Shown: positions 51,889 through 64,000 of the stretch, one piece after another
How positions within the stretch are numbered: the stretch's first letter is position 1
Layout: each line of letters starts with the position of its first letter
Position numbers and translations under genes: made by a program
Notes under the pieces: model-generated
The model's input: the letters and a program-made list of their open reading frames with translations, nothing else
Database searches by the model: none
What the model was told of the DNA's origin: nothing
Assembly (NCBI GenBank): GCA_051294375.1
Contig: CM119264.1
Coordinates: forward strand, 13,784,813-13,848,812
Direction: 5' to 3'
From: Paraspadella gotoi
Taxonomy: Eukaryota; Animalia; Chaetognatha
Length of the DNA: 64,000 nt

Positions 51889-53413
51889 AACTTCCCTTCA
51901 CCTCACCTCCTACGACGACCTCCGCTTCATCGACGAGACCTTCACTTCTCAAGACGCTCGTCGAGTCGCCTCCGCAACCAACGACGCCTTCGACGACGAA
52001 GACCTCAATTGCGAGGCCGACGTCACCATCGACGACGTCACCGACACTCTCATCGACGCCGAGGACGACGACGACGACGGCGTGTTGGAGAGAACGCAGG
52101 ACGCGACCATCGAGACTCTGGAGGCGATGGACGGAGACGACGAGGCGGTGGGTGGTGTCGGTGACGGATCGCCGAAAACGGCGGGAGAGACGTCGCCCGT
52201 TAAGAAAGGAGACGACGACGACAACGACGAGGACGCCCTGGCCAAAGACCTCAAACGCATAATCGTCTCGGCGATCGATCCCGTGGAAAACGATTTCGGT
52301 CGGCGACGCCTCATCCGCGAATTGGAGGCCATCATTAACGACGTCGACGCCATCGTTGATCGAGACGAAGCCAGACACGCCCACCGCGCTACCGAGTCGG
52401 TTTCCAGCGTCAAAACCGAAGCGGCTCCAATTTCCGGCACCGAGTCGATCGCTCCGACGCAAGATCGCAGAGTCTCGCCGAGATTTGAAAATCGATCGAC
52501 GCGAGAAAGGACGAGCGATCGATCGCCGCTCATCGATTACGGCGACGAAGACGACGACGACCCGAACGAAAAGGGCGAGAGAGACGAAGTCGGCGGATCG
52601 ATCGACAACTTGAACCACTCGGCCGACAGCGTCGATAGCGTAGCTTGGTTACTGTCGAGAAACTCCTGCGCTTTTACCGAAGAGGACATGCGGGACATTT
52701 TGGGCGTCGAGGTTCGAGCATCGCCAGATCGAGGCTCGATCCATTCGGCGGCCGATCGGTCGAAATCGCTTGAACATCGCGAACGAAACTCATTCGTTGA
52801 AATCGAATCCGTTGAGATTTCGCCGAATCGAAGTCGTCCCCATTTTCGATCCTCGATCTCTCTTCAAATCGGACCAAATGCTTCGTCGCTGACTTCGCTC
52901 AATAAACCCGAGGAGGACGATGCTTTTGGCATTTCTCGCCGAAGCGAATCCAATCAAACGCTCAACTCAAACGCTCAAGCAGAAACTCCTTGTCCGCGCG
53001 ACGAAACTTCGGACCTTTTGTCTATCGAGAGAGAGGAGGCGAACCAGCCCCTCGAACGTGGTTTGCCCAAAAATGGGACAAACTGGGAGAATAAAAGCGA
53101 AACGTTAGTCTTTTGTTCGCTCGAAAATCAGGACTCCACGCCCACCTCGCTCAGCGCGACGAATCCGTTTGCGGAAGATCTAAAGATCGACTGTTTGTTC
53201 CGCGACGCCGCCATCGACGAAGACACGTTTCCCGGAAAGATGATGGAGAGAAAATTGGAAACGGAAGCGACCAGCGGAAGCGCCAATGTTGATAGAGGGA
53301 ACGAATTGGTTCGCGCCGACTGCGGGTTTGTTGCCGCCAGCATTCGACGCCGTTCTCGTGGCTACGAACGCTGGGGTCTCGTCAACGCCGAAGACGAGAC
53401 GACGAGACTTTGA
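51889..53413 (+). CDS. GRASP-like terminal exon, acidic and disordered, ends EDETTRL*
   Basis: AACAG acceptor in phase 2 leads into ORF 52082..53413. The acidic class-I PDZ-binding C-terminus resembles tamalin EESQL. Confidence 0.8.
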
Positions 53414-54207
53414 TAGTGGCAGGACGCGTTGAAAAATAGCAGAGACTTTGCGAGACAGTATCTCGGGCCTCAATGCGCTTTATGTGTACCTCAGTAATTT
53501 AAGTATTTATTGCAACCGAAGTAACTTTGAACGATAGTTGTAAAACAAAACTATCAATGAAAAATATCGATTGGCCAAAGCGCAGTAAAACATCTAGTCT
53601 CTGAACAGCTCTGTGTTTGTGAAAATGTTTTTTTTAATTTTTGATCTCTATAGTCAACTTGTTAACCAGTCATCCCGTTCATATTTCTTCTCTTGTTCAA
53701 AGTAAACTTTTTGTGATTTTTTTAAACGGATAATTTTATTATCTCTAGCTAAGCTACATAGATTGGGGATTTTTTAGCTATCCAGATGTCAAGGCATTGA
53801 AAAAAGCTTTGAGAAAAGCGTTGGGAGAAGTCGACTAAGACATTGAAAACAATGAAGAAAAATAAGTGAAGATATTCTCTATATTAGCTTGTTGTTGCTC
53901 AAGAAAGTGCAATTTTTCCTAGAGCTACGCGACTTTTCAGCCCTTGCTTCTGGCCTCTGTGAAAATTAAAAACAAACTAAAAACAAAAGACAAATTCGTT
54001 GGAACAATTAAATCTTCTTTATTTCATAGAAGTTAGAAAGCCAACATAAATTTAAGCTGTTAAAATTTAACAATTAGTAATTGACAAGGAAATGGAATTG
54101 GTAAAAATGTTTAAAGTTAATTAATTGGGACTTATTTTTTAATTTAATTTGATTTTTTTTGCTCCTAGGATAAAATAAGTCTCATGAATATTCGCTAAGT
54201 TTCGTTT

Positions 54208-55978
54208 TCAAGATAAACTCTTCTTTTTAGATTCCACCCATGACTTGATTTTGTCGTTGGCCAAGACATGGTCATGCACCGCCATCCACTTTTCCGGAAA
54301 TTCCATTTTGGATGCCACGCCTTCCTTCATCAGGATGCTATAAAAATAATGTATAGATACATTTATTTATTATGTCTTTGTCTTCATACAATCATCACCT
54401 AGACTCGAACTATGACTATGCATATGTAAAATAGTTTATTGAATTTTATAACAAATAATCTTACGTCATGTCGAAAATGACCAAATCCGCGAGCGAAATT
54501 CCCGAACTCAAAACGAAGTCTCCTTCGATCCATTGTTCAACTTTTTTCATAATTTTCGGTAATTCCTATAAAATAATAAATATAGGACTAAATTTTGCCT
54601 TAATATATGTATATTCTTATACCTATAAAGAATGACGGAAATATTCTTATTATTAACTGACATGTAAATCGAACCATGTATAATGAATATAGAAAATATT
54701 AAACTTTAAAAAATCCAACACTTTAAAAGGAGAAGAGAAAATCTTGAATATTCCCTCAGAGTAAATAAATATTTCGCTGTTCTCTTTCGGAGTTTTCTTT
54801 ACCCTAACGAAAAATCGTAGAAAGTTGGGAGAGGTCTCAAATTAAAGCTTATGAAATTGGTACAACCAATATTATGCTTTGTATATAATGATAGGCAAAT
54901 AAATATTTAAATTTACAGCTTATTCACTAAAACACTAAAAAAAATCCTGCTTTGATCGTGTTTTGCTGACATACCCACATTGAGAGTATTAAGAGTATAC
55001 TATAAGATTTTATAGTTTTCAAAAATAGCACTTTTTGTTTCTTTCACATCATCTCTGCCCTACCGTGCGGAATCAAGCGTTTTTACATCTATTTTCTACC
55101 GAAATTATAAAGTTTGATAGCCCGATTTGAACGAAATTCTAAATTGAAAAAAATATTTTTCGATTTCTAACAAATACGTCGACTAAAAGATAGCTTATTT
55201 ATTAAATGAATGGATAATTTTTATATTGGTTGTACCAATTTCATAAAATATTAGCCCTTGTTCCCGGACAGAAATTCATTGAAATGACTAAACTTTACAC
55301 TTCATATCTACACTTACAATGACCAAATTTTTTTCTATTTCCGACTTCTTTGCTTCATCAGTTTCATAATACCATTGAATCATTTTTCCCGCGATATCGA
55401 GCCAAACTGTGTCTTGAACCATGTCCACTTTTAGATTCTGAATAAAAAAATGGTTCAGTTCTGGAGTAATTAACTTTTTTAATATATATCCGTTTTTAAA
55501 TAGGCGGTTTTTCCTACAAAGAAAATCATCCAAAATAGGGGAACATTTCATTATCCCGCTCCCTTTCACCTCCATTTCGTCCTTTCCAAAAAATCCGAAC
55601 TTCTTCGCCAAATGTCGCGCCAACGACGATTGCTGACAATACTTGACCCCGTCGATCTCCAGAACAGGCATTTGTCCCAGCGGCATCCCGGATTTCGCGG
55701 CGTCGTCCCACAACAAAGTTCCAGAACTAAAATCGCAGATATATATTACTTATTAAACCGCGCTTATTATTCAACAATTTATTAGGTTTAGAGAAAGACT
55801 CACATTTAAAAGGTAGCAACAACGCTTCATCATTTCTCCCATCAATCTTTTCAGCCTCTCACCGTTCTTCTTTAGCGTATCTCACATCTTCGAATGGCTC
55901 TCCCGCCAGAGTAAAGAGGAGTCGAATCAACTCGCCCTTTCCCGCCAGGTCAAAGTAGTGCAGCTTGTAAGACGGCAT
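54208..55978 (-). CDS. Glutathione S-transferase, sigma-like, 207 aa; exons 55978-55863, 55726-55570, 55437-55318, 54565-54465, 54337-54208
   Basis: MPSYKLHYFDLAGKGELIRLLF..GEPFEDVR, MPLGQMPVLEIDG, ISLADLVIFD. All introns GT-AG and in frame (phases 2,0,0,2). Confidence 0.92.
55187..55249 (+). mobile_element. 3' fragment of family A repeat in a GST intron (shorter inverted fragment at 54849-54872)
   Basis: About 60 nt match to the family A unit downstream of the twister P5 strand. Confidence 0.75.
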
Positions 55979-57269
55979 TTCCTCTGGAGTCTGAATGCAA
56001 CGTTATGAAAAAAAGTTTGACCTTGTTTTGAATCCTTGATGTAAGAGAAAGCTTAAATTTAACTTATTTATATTGAATTTGTAGGCACAAATTGGGAGCG
56101 GTACTGCTGTAATTCCTCCCGTTTCAAAAACTGGAATATTATTTGAATTTTATTCCAAAAAAAAAAACTTTAAAAATCCGGTTTATGACCTGCGGGTCTT
56201 GGAAATAGGAATCAAACGAAGTCTTAATATTCTTTTTTTTTACAGCCCAGTGATTTTGTTTTAATTTCATTTGTTAGCTCTAGAAAAAGTTCAACAATAA
56301 ATTAATTCTTAACATTTGGATATATTCTTTTTATATTTGTAGTTACCCCATATGTGCTTCTTACTGTTAAACAGTTTACTTTGGCATTTATCACTGTAGT
56401 ATCGAAATAGAAACAAAAAAATGTATTTATATACATTTATATACTGAGAAAGTAAATCCGCACATATGATTTACTTATGAAATAAAACAATGGAATTATG
56501 ATATCAAGGTCAAGGCAAACATCGATAAAAGGAAAACTTTATTCGGTGCTGGCGATGATAGCTTTTATAGCATAAAAAAAAGCAAAAGTGGCTTAGAAAA
56601 AAAGGAGGCGGTTATTTCAGCTTTGCTGAATTTTTTTTTTTTTTTTAGAACTGCGATCTGAATTACGAGCCGAACTTAAACAGATTAACGAGCGGGTCAG
56701 TCAGTTGTTTTTCACCACGATCCCTGCCGACATCTATGGAGACATTTCACATGATATCAATGACAATGGCCACAAACTTGTTCGTAAAGATGATGAGAAG
56801 AATTATTCTGCGAAAAATTTGTAATCATACGCTTACCAATACAATTGGCGCTCTTTACATAAATTCGTAATTGCAATTACAAGCTTTTTATTTTCATTGA
56901 AAAATACAGAACATACTTTCTATTTAAAAACCCAATTTTGGGAACAAATGAATGGGAACGGGTGTCAATTACTAGCAAGTCAATAGTTATTACAACCATC
57001 CGATTGTACATCCCCTTCACCAAGAAATATTCGGTATTCTAAGATAATTGGCTCTCCAAAGGTGGTTTCAACCAAATTTTATCCCTTGCTCTCCGAGTAA
57101 ATCCCCTTGTACGATTTAATTCGATCAAAACGCGATGCACGAATGATAAATATATTTGTATTTACGAATTCCATTTGACAAGTTTGAAATTTTTATTATA
57201 GGATAAAAGTTAAGGTATTAAAAAACAAAAAATAGGACTTGTTATGTATGTACGAGCAGTTAAACCAAT

Positions 57270-59091
57270 TTATTTTGAATTAAGCCAATTCATGACTTTT
57301 GGGTCCTCTTCAACGTTTTTCTTTATAGACATCAACTCTGACGGAACATCCAAATCAGGGATGACTTTGTTCACAAAGCACCTATAAATAGATATTTGCG
57401 TCAGTCAATATTTTATATCTAAGTTGTAAATTAAGTATTACTGTTTATAATTTATTTTAATGATTGCTTTTAGGCAAACTTTTTTTTCATTTTTCAAAAA
57501 AAAGAGAAAAGTACAATAAACTTACAGTGTGTCATAGATCGCCAAATCCGCCAGAGAGAGCTTGTCACCCAATACGAAATCTCCTTTTATCCATTTCACG
57601 GTCCTCGCCATCAGCTTTGGAAGCGTCTATAAATGAAAATCAATAACGCTTAACGTCAACATAGCTAAAAAAAATAGTGGGTAATTTTGTCTCAGTCTCA
57701 GTTTGCGAAATAATATATATTTTTTTTTGTTCAGTAATATAAATTTATAATAAATAATATTGTTTTAAATTTATTTTAATTGCTATTTTTATGTTTAAGG
57801 TAGAAAATGAATTGTTTACGTACGAGTTTGATAAAGAAAAATAAATTTCGGACATGTTTCAGCTTCAATGTAAGCTTTTATCAGCGCAAAAACAGATTTG
57901 TGAAACAAATATTTTCTCTCTTTTTCTTTCTTCAAACTTCAAAATTTGTGAAAATATTTGTTTCACCAATCAATTCGTTTTTGTGCTGATGAAGATTTAC
58001 ATTGAAGCCGAAACATGTCCGAAATTTATGTTTCTTAATAAAACTCGTTGTACGTAAACAAACAAGGAAAAGAAAGGAAAGGAAAAACAATATTTTTTAA
58101 ACTGTTAGCAATTGGGTTAAGGTTGGTTAGGGATTAGGGGTGGTTAGAGTTAGGGGTAGTTAGGGATTTGTAATAAAAAGTTTTTCTACCCTAACCAATG
58201 TCCTTTTTTTAAGTTTTGTGTAACGAGATTTCTATACGTCACTCATAAGAAGCGAAAAACAAAATAAGCGACCGCAAAATCCAAGTCTGCGAATGTAAAA
58301 ATAAGCCAAAATGGTATTTCAACGAAAACTTTTGCATTCACCTCTTGTAGTTTCGACTTGAGCTTCATCTTTTCCTCCTCGTCATTTCCCAAGTGAAGCA
58401 TAATTGTTGAAGCTGCGATGTCGTCCCAAAATGTCTCCAGTACCATGTCGACTTTGAAAGCCTAGAAACAATCAGTAACATTGCCCTAAAAAAACTGTAC
58501 GACAGAAAAGGTACATAGCAAAATATGAAGTAAGTATAAACTGTTTAATGATAAACGAGCATCATCAAATATTCCAAAATTATATAATTATATAATTACT
58601 TACCTCCATTTCGTCCTTTCCCATGAGTCCGAATCTTCTGGCCAAAAACCTCGCGATCGACGATTGCTGACAGAATTTCTCTCCGTCGACTTCGAGGACC
58701 GGGATTTTTCCCAGCGGCATCAAGTCCTTACTTTTGTTGTCAAAGTGCCGGACGCTTTCGCTGCGGAGTTTGGGTTAAAAGAAATTTTATTAACAAAAGA
58801 ATAATCGTTATAACTAAAATATTCTTCCTGGCACCGAATAATCTTAATCTAAAATTGGACCCATTTTAACATTATTTTCTCATATTTTTTTTATTCACTC
58901 CTTCCCCTCCACACGTGACGCATCCCAGTCTTTCATATCAATTCCACCTACGTGGCATCTTTCGCGTGCCAGCAATAGAAGCTGTCCTCATACTCCACGC
59001 CAGCGACGACAAAAAGCATTCGAATCAGTTGGCCTTTTCCGTCGAAGTTGAAGTAATGTAAAGTGTATTTTACATCTTGTTCGGCCGCCAT
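57270..59091 (-). CDS. Glutathione S-transferase, sigma-like paralogue, 209 aa; exons 59091-58952, 58760-58604, 58461-58342, 57626-57526, 57381-57270
   Basis: YTLHYFNFDGKGQLIRMLF, MPLGKIPVLEVDG, LSLADLAIYD. Internal exon sizes (157,120,101) and phases are identical to the neighbour. Confidence 0.92.
57845..57892 (-). ncRNA. Minimal type I hammerhead, degenerate (CUGAUAA)
   Basis: UUUUGCG CUGAUAA A AGCUU acauug AAGCU GAA ACAUGU C CGAAA. Core G8 mutated. Confidence 0.55.
57978..58025 (+). ncRNA. Minimal type I hammerhead ribozyme with palindromic stem III
   Basis: TTTGTG CTGATGA A GATTT acattg AAGCC GAA ACATGT C^CGAAA. Intact core, decayed stems I and II. Predicted cut after 58019. Confidence 0.65.
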
Positions 59092-59427
59092 CGTGCTAGT
59101 TCGGAACTCTGAGCAAAGATTATGTAGCAAAGATCTTAAGGTATAAATATAGAGTTGATTAATTCTTCAGGAAATGAAATAATATTATAAAAGAAATAAC
59201 ACAGATATTTAAATAAAAAAACCGAATCAATAAAGATTCTTTATTGTTTCGTTTTTTTTTTTTGTTTTTTGTTTTTGTTTTTTTCAAAAGAACGTGATTA
59301 AAATGGCACACAATCCTTCTCGGGATACAATTTAAAAAATTCCACAACCTTTTTTTTTTCAGGACGCTTTTTTTTATTTTAAATTTGGAATTAAATAAAT
59401 TTTTTTTAGTTAAAGATTAGATTATAG

Positions 59428-59592
59428 GTTAGGGTTAGGATTAAGTTAGGGATTAAAATGATGATTAAGGTTAATGATTTTGTTTATTATTAAGGTTAGA
59501 GATTTGGGTTAGAGTTTAATATTAGAAATTAAAGATAATAATTCACAGTTAGGGTTTAGGATTAAGATTAAGGTTAGGGATAAAGGATAGGG
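59428..59592. repeat. Degenerate (TTAGGG)-like tracts (also 58114-58165)
   Basis: Direct reading. Short, interstitial and imperfect. Confidence 0.6.
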
Positions 59593-60911
59593 ATTGTTTA
59601 AAATTTTAAAAATATATTTAAATTAAATTTAAATTAAATTCTGAAATTAACGAACATAAATAGGGGACTCTCGAAAAAGAGAGCCCATTCAACAAACGCC
59701 GGTTTTGTCGATATGATTTTTTTTTTATCTTTGATAAGTTTGTTACTTTAAAACTGGAAGTTTTCTAGCGGATTTTTTATGCTCAAACGATGCCCGCAGC
59801 GGCAGTCAGATATTGGTACCCGACTAAACTTTATCGTAAATTTGAAACTTTAAGATTTTATTTCTTTTTTAATTTAAAAATCCGATTTAGTTTATGCAGT
59901 CTGGAATGTGAAATTGAAAGGAAAATTATTAGGAAAACCTGCGTATCAAGTTTCCTAGTTCAAAATCCTATGGCCGAGAAGTCGACATACCGGTTAAGAC
60001 TCAACCAGTTCTACAGTATAATTTGATCAGAATCAAGGGAACAGCAGAATTACAGAAAAGTATTTACCTGTATCCATCAAAATCATATTCGTACGAAAGC
60101 TTTGCGAGTAATTTCCACTATTCACAATATTCACACTGATGGTAATACAGTTTAAACCAGATTTAAAAAGAGAGAGAAAGAGAAATAATATGGAGTACTA
60201 AAAAGCCTTTAGTAACATCTAATGGTAATAATCAATCCCAGTTTTTTTTTCTAATTAAAAAACCATCACATTCTTTGCCTATAACCCGAAACCGAGCCTA
60301 ATTTACCTATTATTTTTTCTCCTGCAGGTGAAGTTTAATTGATCATCGTCATCACCATCAACATCTTCTACAACGCCATCAACATCTTCTACATCACCAT
60401 CATCATCATCATTATTATAATTTTATGAATCTTCATTATCATCGTCTTTATCTGTATCGTTGTCGTCGTCTTACAAATTACGAATTCTCATTAATGAATA
60501 AAGACTCCATTACTGTGTGTATTGTCCATTGTCCAAGTTGGTTCTCAAGTCTGTTTTAAAAAAATATAATTAAGAAAACGACATAACGTGTAAGATCAGC
60601 GAATAGTAAGCAAAGATAGCTAAGTTAACTGAAGAATAAATTTTGGAAAAAGCCTTTTGCAAAATTTCTTTACTAAAGAACATAAATGGTTGCACGGCTC
60701 CAGAATCCTAATTTTTAATCATCAAATTTCCCCTGTAAAAAATTTCTCTCTCGTACATATTTCTTTTTAATATCTTTTTTTTTAAGTTTTACGTTGTTTT
60801 TTCAACCCCGATTTTTCCCCCAAAATTTTCCTTCATTCAAATTGGTAGTTTTTGCTAAATCTAATCTTCCTGATGGTGAACGTTTGCTTATCCACCTTGC
60901 CGAAACTAAAA

Positions 60912-60942
<31 letters not shown>

Positions 60943-60997
60943 TTCTTTTAGGCAACCACTGTCCATTTCTCCCCGTCGACCAAAATGAGGTTTAAAA

Positions 60998-61092
<95 letters not shown>

Positions 61093-62002
61093 ATGAGGCA
61101 GACATAACCATACGGCTTCGTGACGAGCTCGTGCGGCAAAAGTCGATGTTGAACACTCAGGATGTACATCGAGTGAAACGTATTCAACGAAGGACTTGAC
61201 ACGCCTCGTTTTCGACCAATCAATGAAACGGACTCGGCCACCAATCACCCTCTTCGATCAATCACGTGCTTCTTCACCGATGTCGAAAAGAAAAAGTTAA
61301 TTCGATGAAACCTTTTTTTTCTTCTCTCTCTTTTACTGCTTTGTTTGTTCGACACCTTCATACCATTTTATTTTTAAATAAAAAAAAAAAGAATAAGAAA
61401 ACAAAAGGTTGTGACTTGTTCGGACGTGAAGGAGTTTTTATCCTTCGCGAGTTTTGAATCTCTTTGTTGCATCGCTATCGTTTTTCCCCGATCGGTGAAG
61501 GGCTGCTGGAACACGTCTTCAAGGAAATCGATACCTTCATTTCAGCTTAGCCATATTCCCCAAAACCCCAACATAGACAAAAAAAAAATTGTATTTATAA
61601 TACAAAATTTTATTTTCCCCATTACCGAGTAAAGATATCCGTTTCCCGCCGACAAAATCTTCAATCCCATCCCGTTATAATTAGTTCAATACCATCCCAT
61701 TGGCCTTCTAGTCAAAGATCCCGATTATTGATTTGTTTCTCGGTTCAAGAAAATATTTTTATACTTCATTCTCGGTACAAACTTGGTTGCGCTTCAATAT
61801 TTGTTTTCTTCTTATTTTTAATATATTTGAGTTCTAGGTAGTAATTAAAGACAAATATCTAGTCAAACCTTTAGATTTTCTTCCTCCTTGTGAAACTAAT
61901 ATTTAGAGAAGCACAAATAATAGTAATCGATAAAATATATATAAAAAAAACAACCGAACAAAACAAGAAAACAAACCCCCCCCCAAAAAAAAGAGCTGGA
62001 AA

Positions 62003-63129
62003 ATGATGCGAATGCCACCCTCTTCATCTCCGCCGCCCATTGACTTTTACTTCGCGACTCCTTTCAAAGGTGAGAATCACCCGGGATCACATGTGGGGAG
62101 GGTAAGCTAAAAGAGGGCGCTGGGGTGAGGAAGACGCTCGAGTGCAATTTATAAGAGTGTGACTTATGATTCTCCAATCGAAAACGAAACAACTATAATA
62201 AATGAGAGAGAAAGCGTTGATAACAACGACAACAACGAACGGACGAATGGTGAATTGTGTTTGAAGATCAAGAGGGTGAAAAATGATATGAACCCGAGGG
62301 GGGGGGGGTTGACTAATATAGGGTGAGTCATTCGTCGAGGGGAGGAATTTTATCGAGGGATCAAATATAGTAATTTAATAAAATATTAATAATTGATCCT
62401 TTTGTTTTTTAAAAATAAAAATATTAGAAAAGAAGAAGAAAAGGAAAAGAAAGAATTCTACAATATGAAAGCCAATTTTGAAACTCACGGTTTGAAAAGG
62501 TTCATTTATCAAAAATAAAAAAAGTATCAATGAATAATTATATAAAATTAATTTTTAAACTCACATTCATACATCATTCATTGTTTAATCCAACTTTTCA
62601 ATCGAGGCATGCGATCGTCAAGCGTCGGTCCCGACCATATCTACGTGTCTCGACGCCGCCTTGCTTCCCTTCCACCTGAAGGCGACGCCGCCGAAGCCGA
62701 CAGCGACGCCGCGTCCGATTCTGTCGACGCCGGTCGAACTGGAACGACCAATCGACGCAACGCCTTGCAGAGACCATATTCGGTGGCGGGGATGCTGGAC
62801 GCGAAAAGCGGCGCCATCGACGCCGTTAATTTGATCCGCGGCGCCGACGAAACCGGAAATGACGTCGTCACTTTTGAAGAAACGAAGAGAAAAACGACGG
62901 TCATTTCGCCGACGTCCCCGAAAAACGGTCGGTCGGTCTGTCGGTTGTTTCTTCTTATTTTTACGACCCTGTCTCTCTCAGTCTCTCGCTTTCTCCCTCA
63001 ACGTTCGTCCCCCCCCTCAAATTCCAACTCTCCTTACTTTTCTCAACAATCAAAATCACGAGCTTCAATATATCAGGCTCTGTCTTCTCGACTTTCACAC
63101 ACAAGGCACGCGCCTATAAAAAACGGGCG

Positions 63130-63190
<61 letters not shown>

Positions 63191-64000
63191 TCTCTTCGCG
63201 CATATTCGATCTTCGAAGTGCGCGATCTCAAACTGGCCCAACTTATTTTTTCTTTATTTTCTTTCATCCATTGATTCTTCGATATCATTTTTTTTCTTTG
63301 CGATTTCGTCTGATTAGAACCAAACAATTAAAATTTTTCACGATTTTTTGAAATACATTTGTGTAATAATAAATAATTTTCTTACTGTTTTAATTTAAAA
63401 ATATTAATAGAAAAGTGCAATCTAATCGAAATTCTCGGTGGGTTCTTTCACTATGCAATATATATAATAACGATATTTTTACCTTTTATCAAAACTAAAA
63501 TTCTGCATATTGTATAATACATCGGTTAAGCTTGATTCCACAGAAGTCGCCATGAACCAACGCCCGCCCAGATCCTTCGTCCTCACAACCTCCTCTTCCT
63601 CCTCCTCTTCCTCCTCCAAGCAACGCCCGGCATCTGTCCACCGAGAATCTACATCTGTCCACCGGGAGTCAGCATCTGTCGGCCGAGAACTATCGGCCTC
63701 CGCTCTCCGATCAGAAACGGGCACATCAGCCGCCGAGCAAAGCGGTGATGCTCCGGCGCCGATGGCCGAGATGGAATTTCCGGAGATGATTTTGTTGAGT
63801 ATGTCTTCGTCGTCGTCGTCCACGTCTTCGTCGAGGGATCCGGGGTCCTCGGCAAGAAGCGGTTCCATCTTCGACAACAACAACCAAAAACTGACTCGAT
63901 CCTGCTCATCGATAGAGCAGAGACGCTCCACCGGAATGCCCGACGCCAAGACGGGACCGGAAGCTGCCAGCGGTTTCGCTCACGCCGATTTCTCCGGCGC
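62003..64000 (+). CDS. 5' part of an unknown Ser-rich protein; join(62003..62069, 62607..62927, 63544..>64000)
   Basis: ATG exon with G|GTGAGA donor, AG-bounded 321-bp exon (..NALQRPYSVAGML..), CACAG acceptor with a frame open to the window end. All junctions phase 1. An extra exon near 62982-63105 is possible. Confidence 0.6.

Larger units (their letters stand above)
57812..58061. mobile_element. Inverted repeat of Penelope-like pLTR remnants, each arm with a minimal hammerhead
   Basis: Arms of about 105-110 bp (57812-57916 and 57951-58061) are reverse complements and lie in GST intron 3. Confidence 0.7.

Noticed and set aside
59428-59592. TTAGGG-like tracts as a telomere
   Set aside because: Short, degenerate and internal.
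61187-61210. Minus-strand GUGUCAAGUC hairpin matching the twister L4 pattern
   Set aside because: No GA-GAC T1 partner and no UAA cleavage strand nearby.

Overview
Microsatellite-rich invertebrate-type eukaryotic DNA from a draft assembly, with four N-gaps and several near-identical tandem blocks that are probably uncollapsed haplotypes. Supported genes: a spliced + strand GRASP/tamalin-CYTIP-like PDZ scaffold (exons about 34.5-53.4 kb, ending EDETTRL), two tandem 5-exon sigma-like glutathione S-transferases on the - strand (54.2-59.1 kb), and partial low-complexity + strand genes at both window edges. Most short ORFs in the track are microsatellite artefacts. The main non-coding signal, found by manual folding, is a set of circularly permuted (P5-type) twister ribozyme motifs in three otherwise dissimilar repeat families: a ~320-bp tandem repeat (8.3-9.0 kb and 21.4-21.8 kb), a tRNA-headed SINE-like element (21.9 and 24.8 kb) and an intronic element (45.1-45.3 kb). 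Their pseudoknots covary between families. In all three, stem P1 is reduced to a short self-complementary palindrome, which suggests dimer-dependent cleavage like double hammerheads. A Penelope-type minimal hammerhead inverted repeat and two presence/absence transposon insertions (Helentron/HINE-like and TTAA Kolobok-like) are also visible. No ribozyme activity is demonstrated and no database searches were run.
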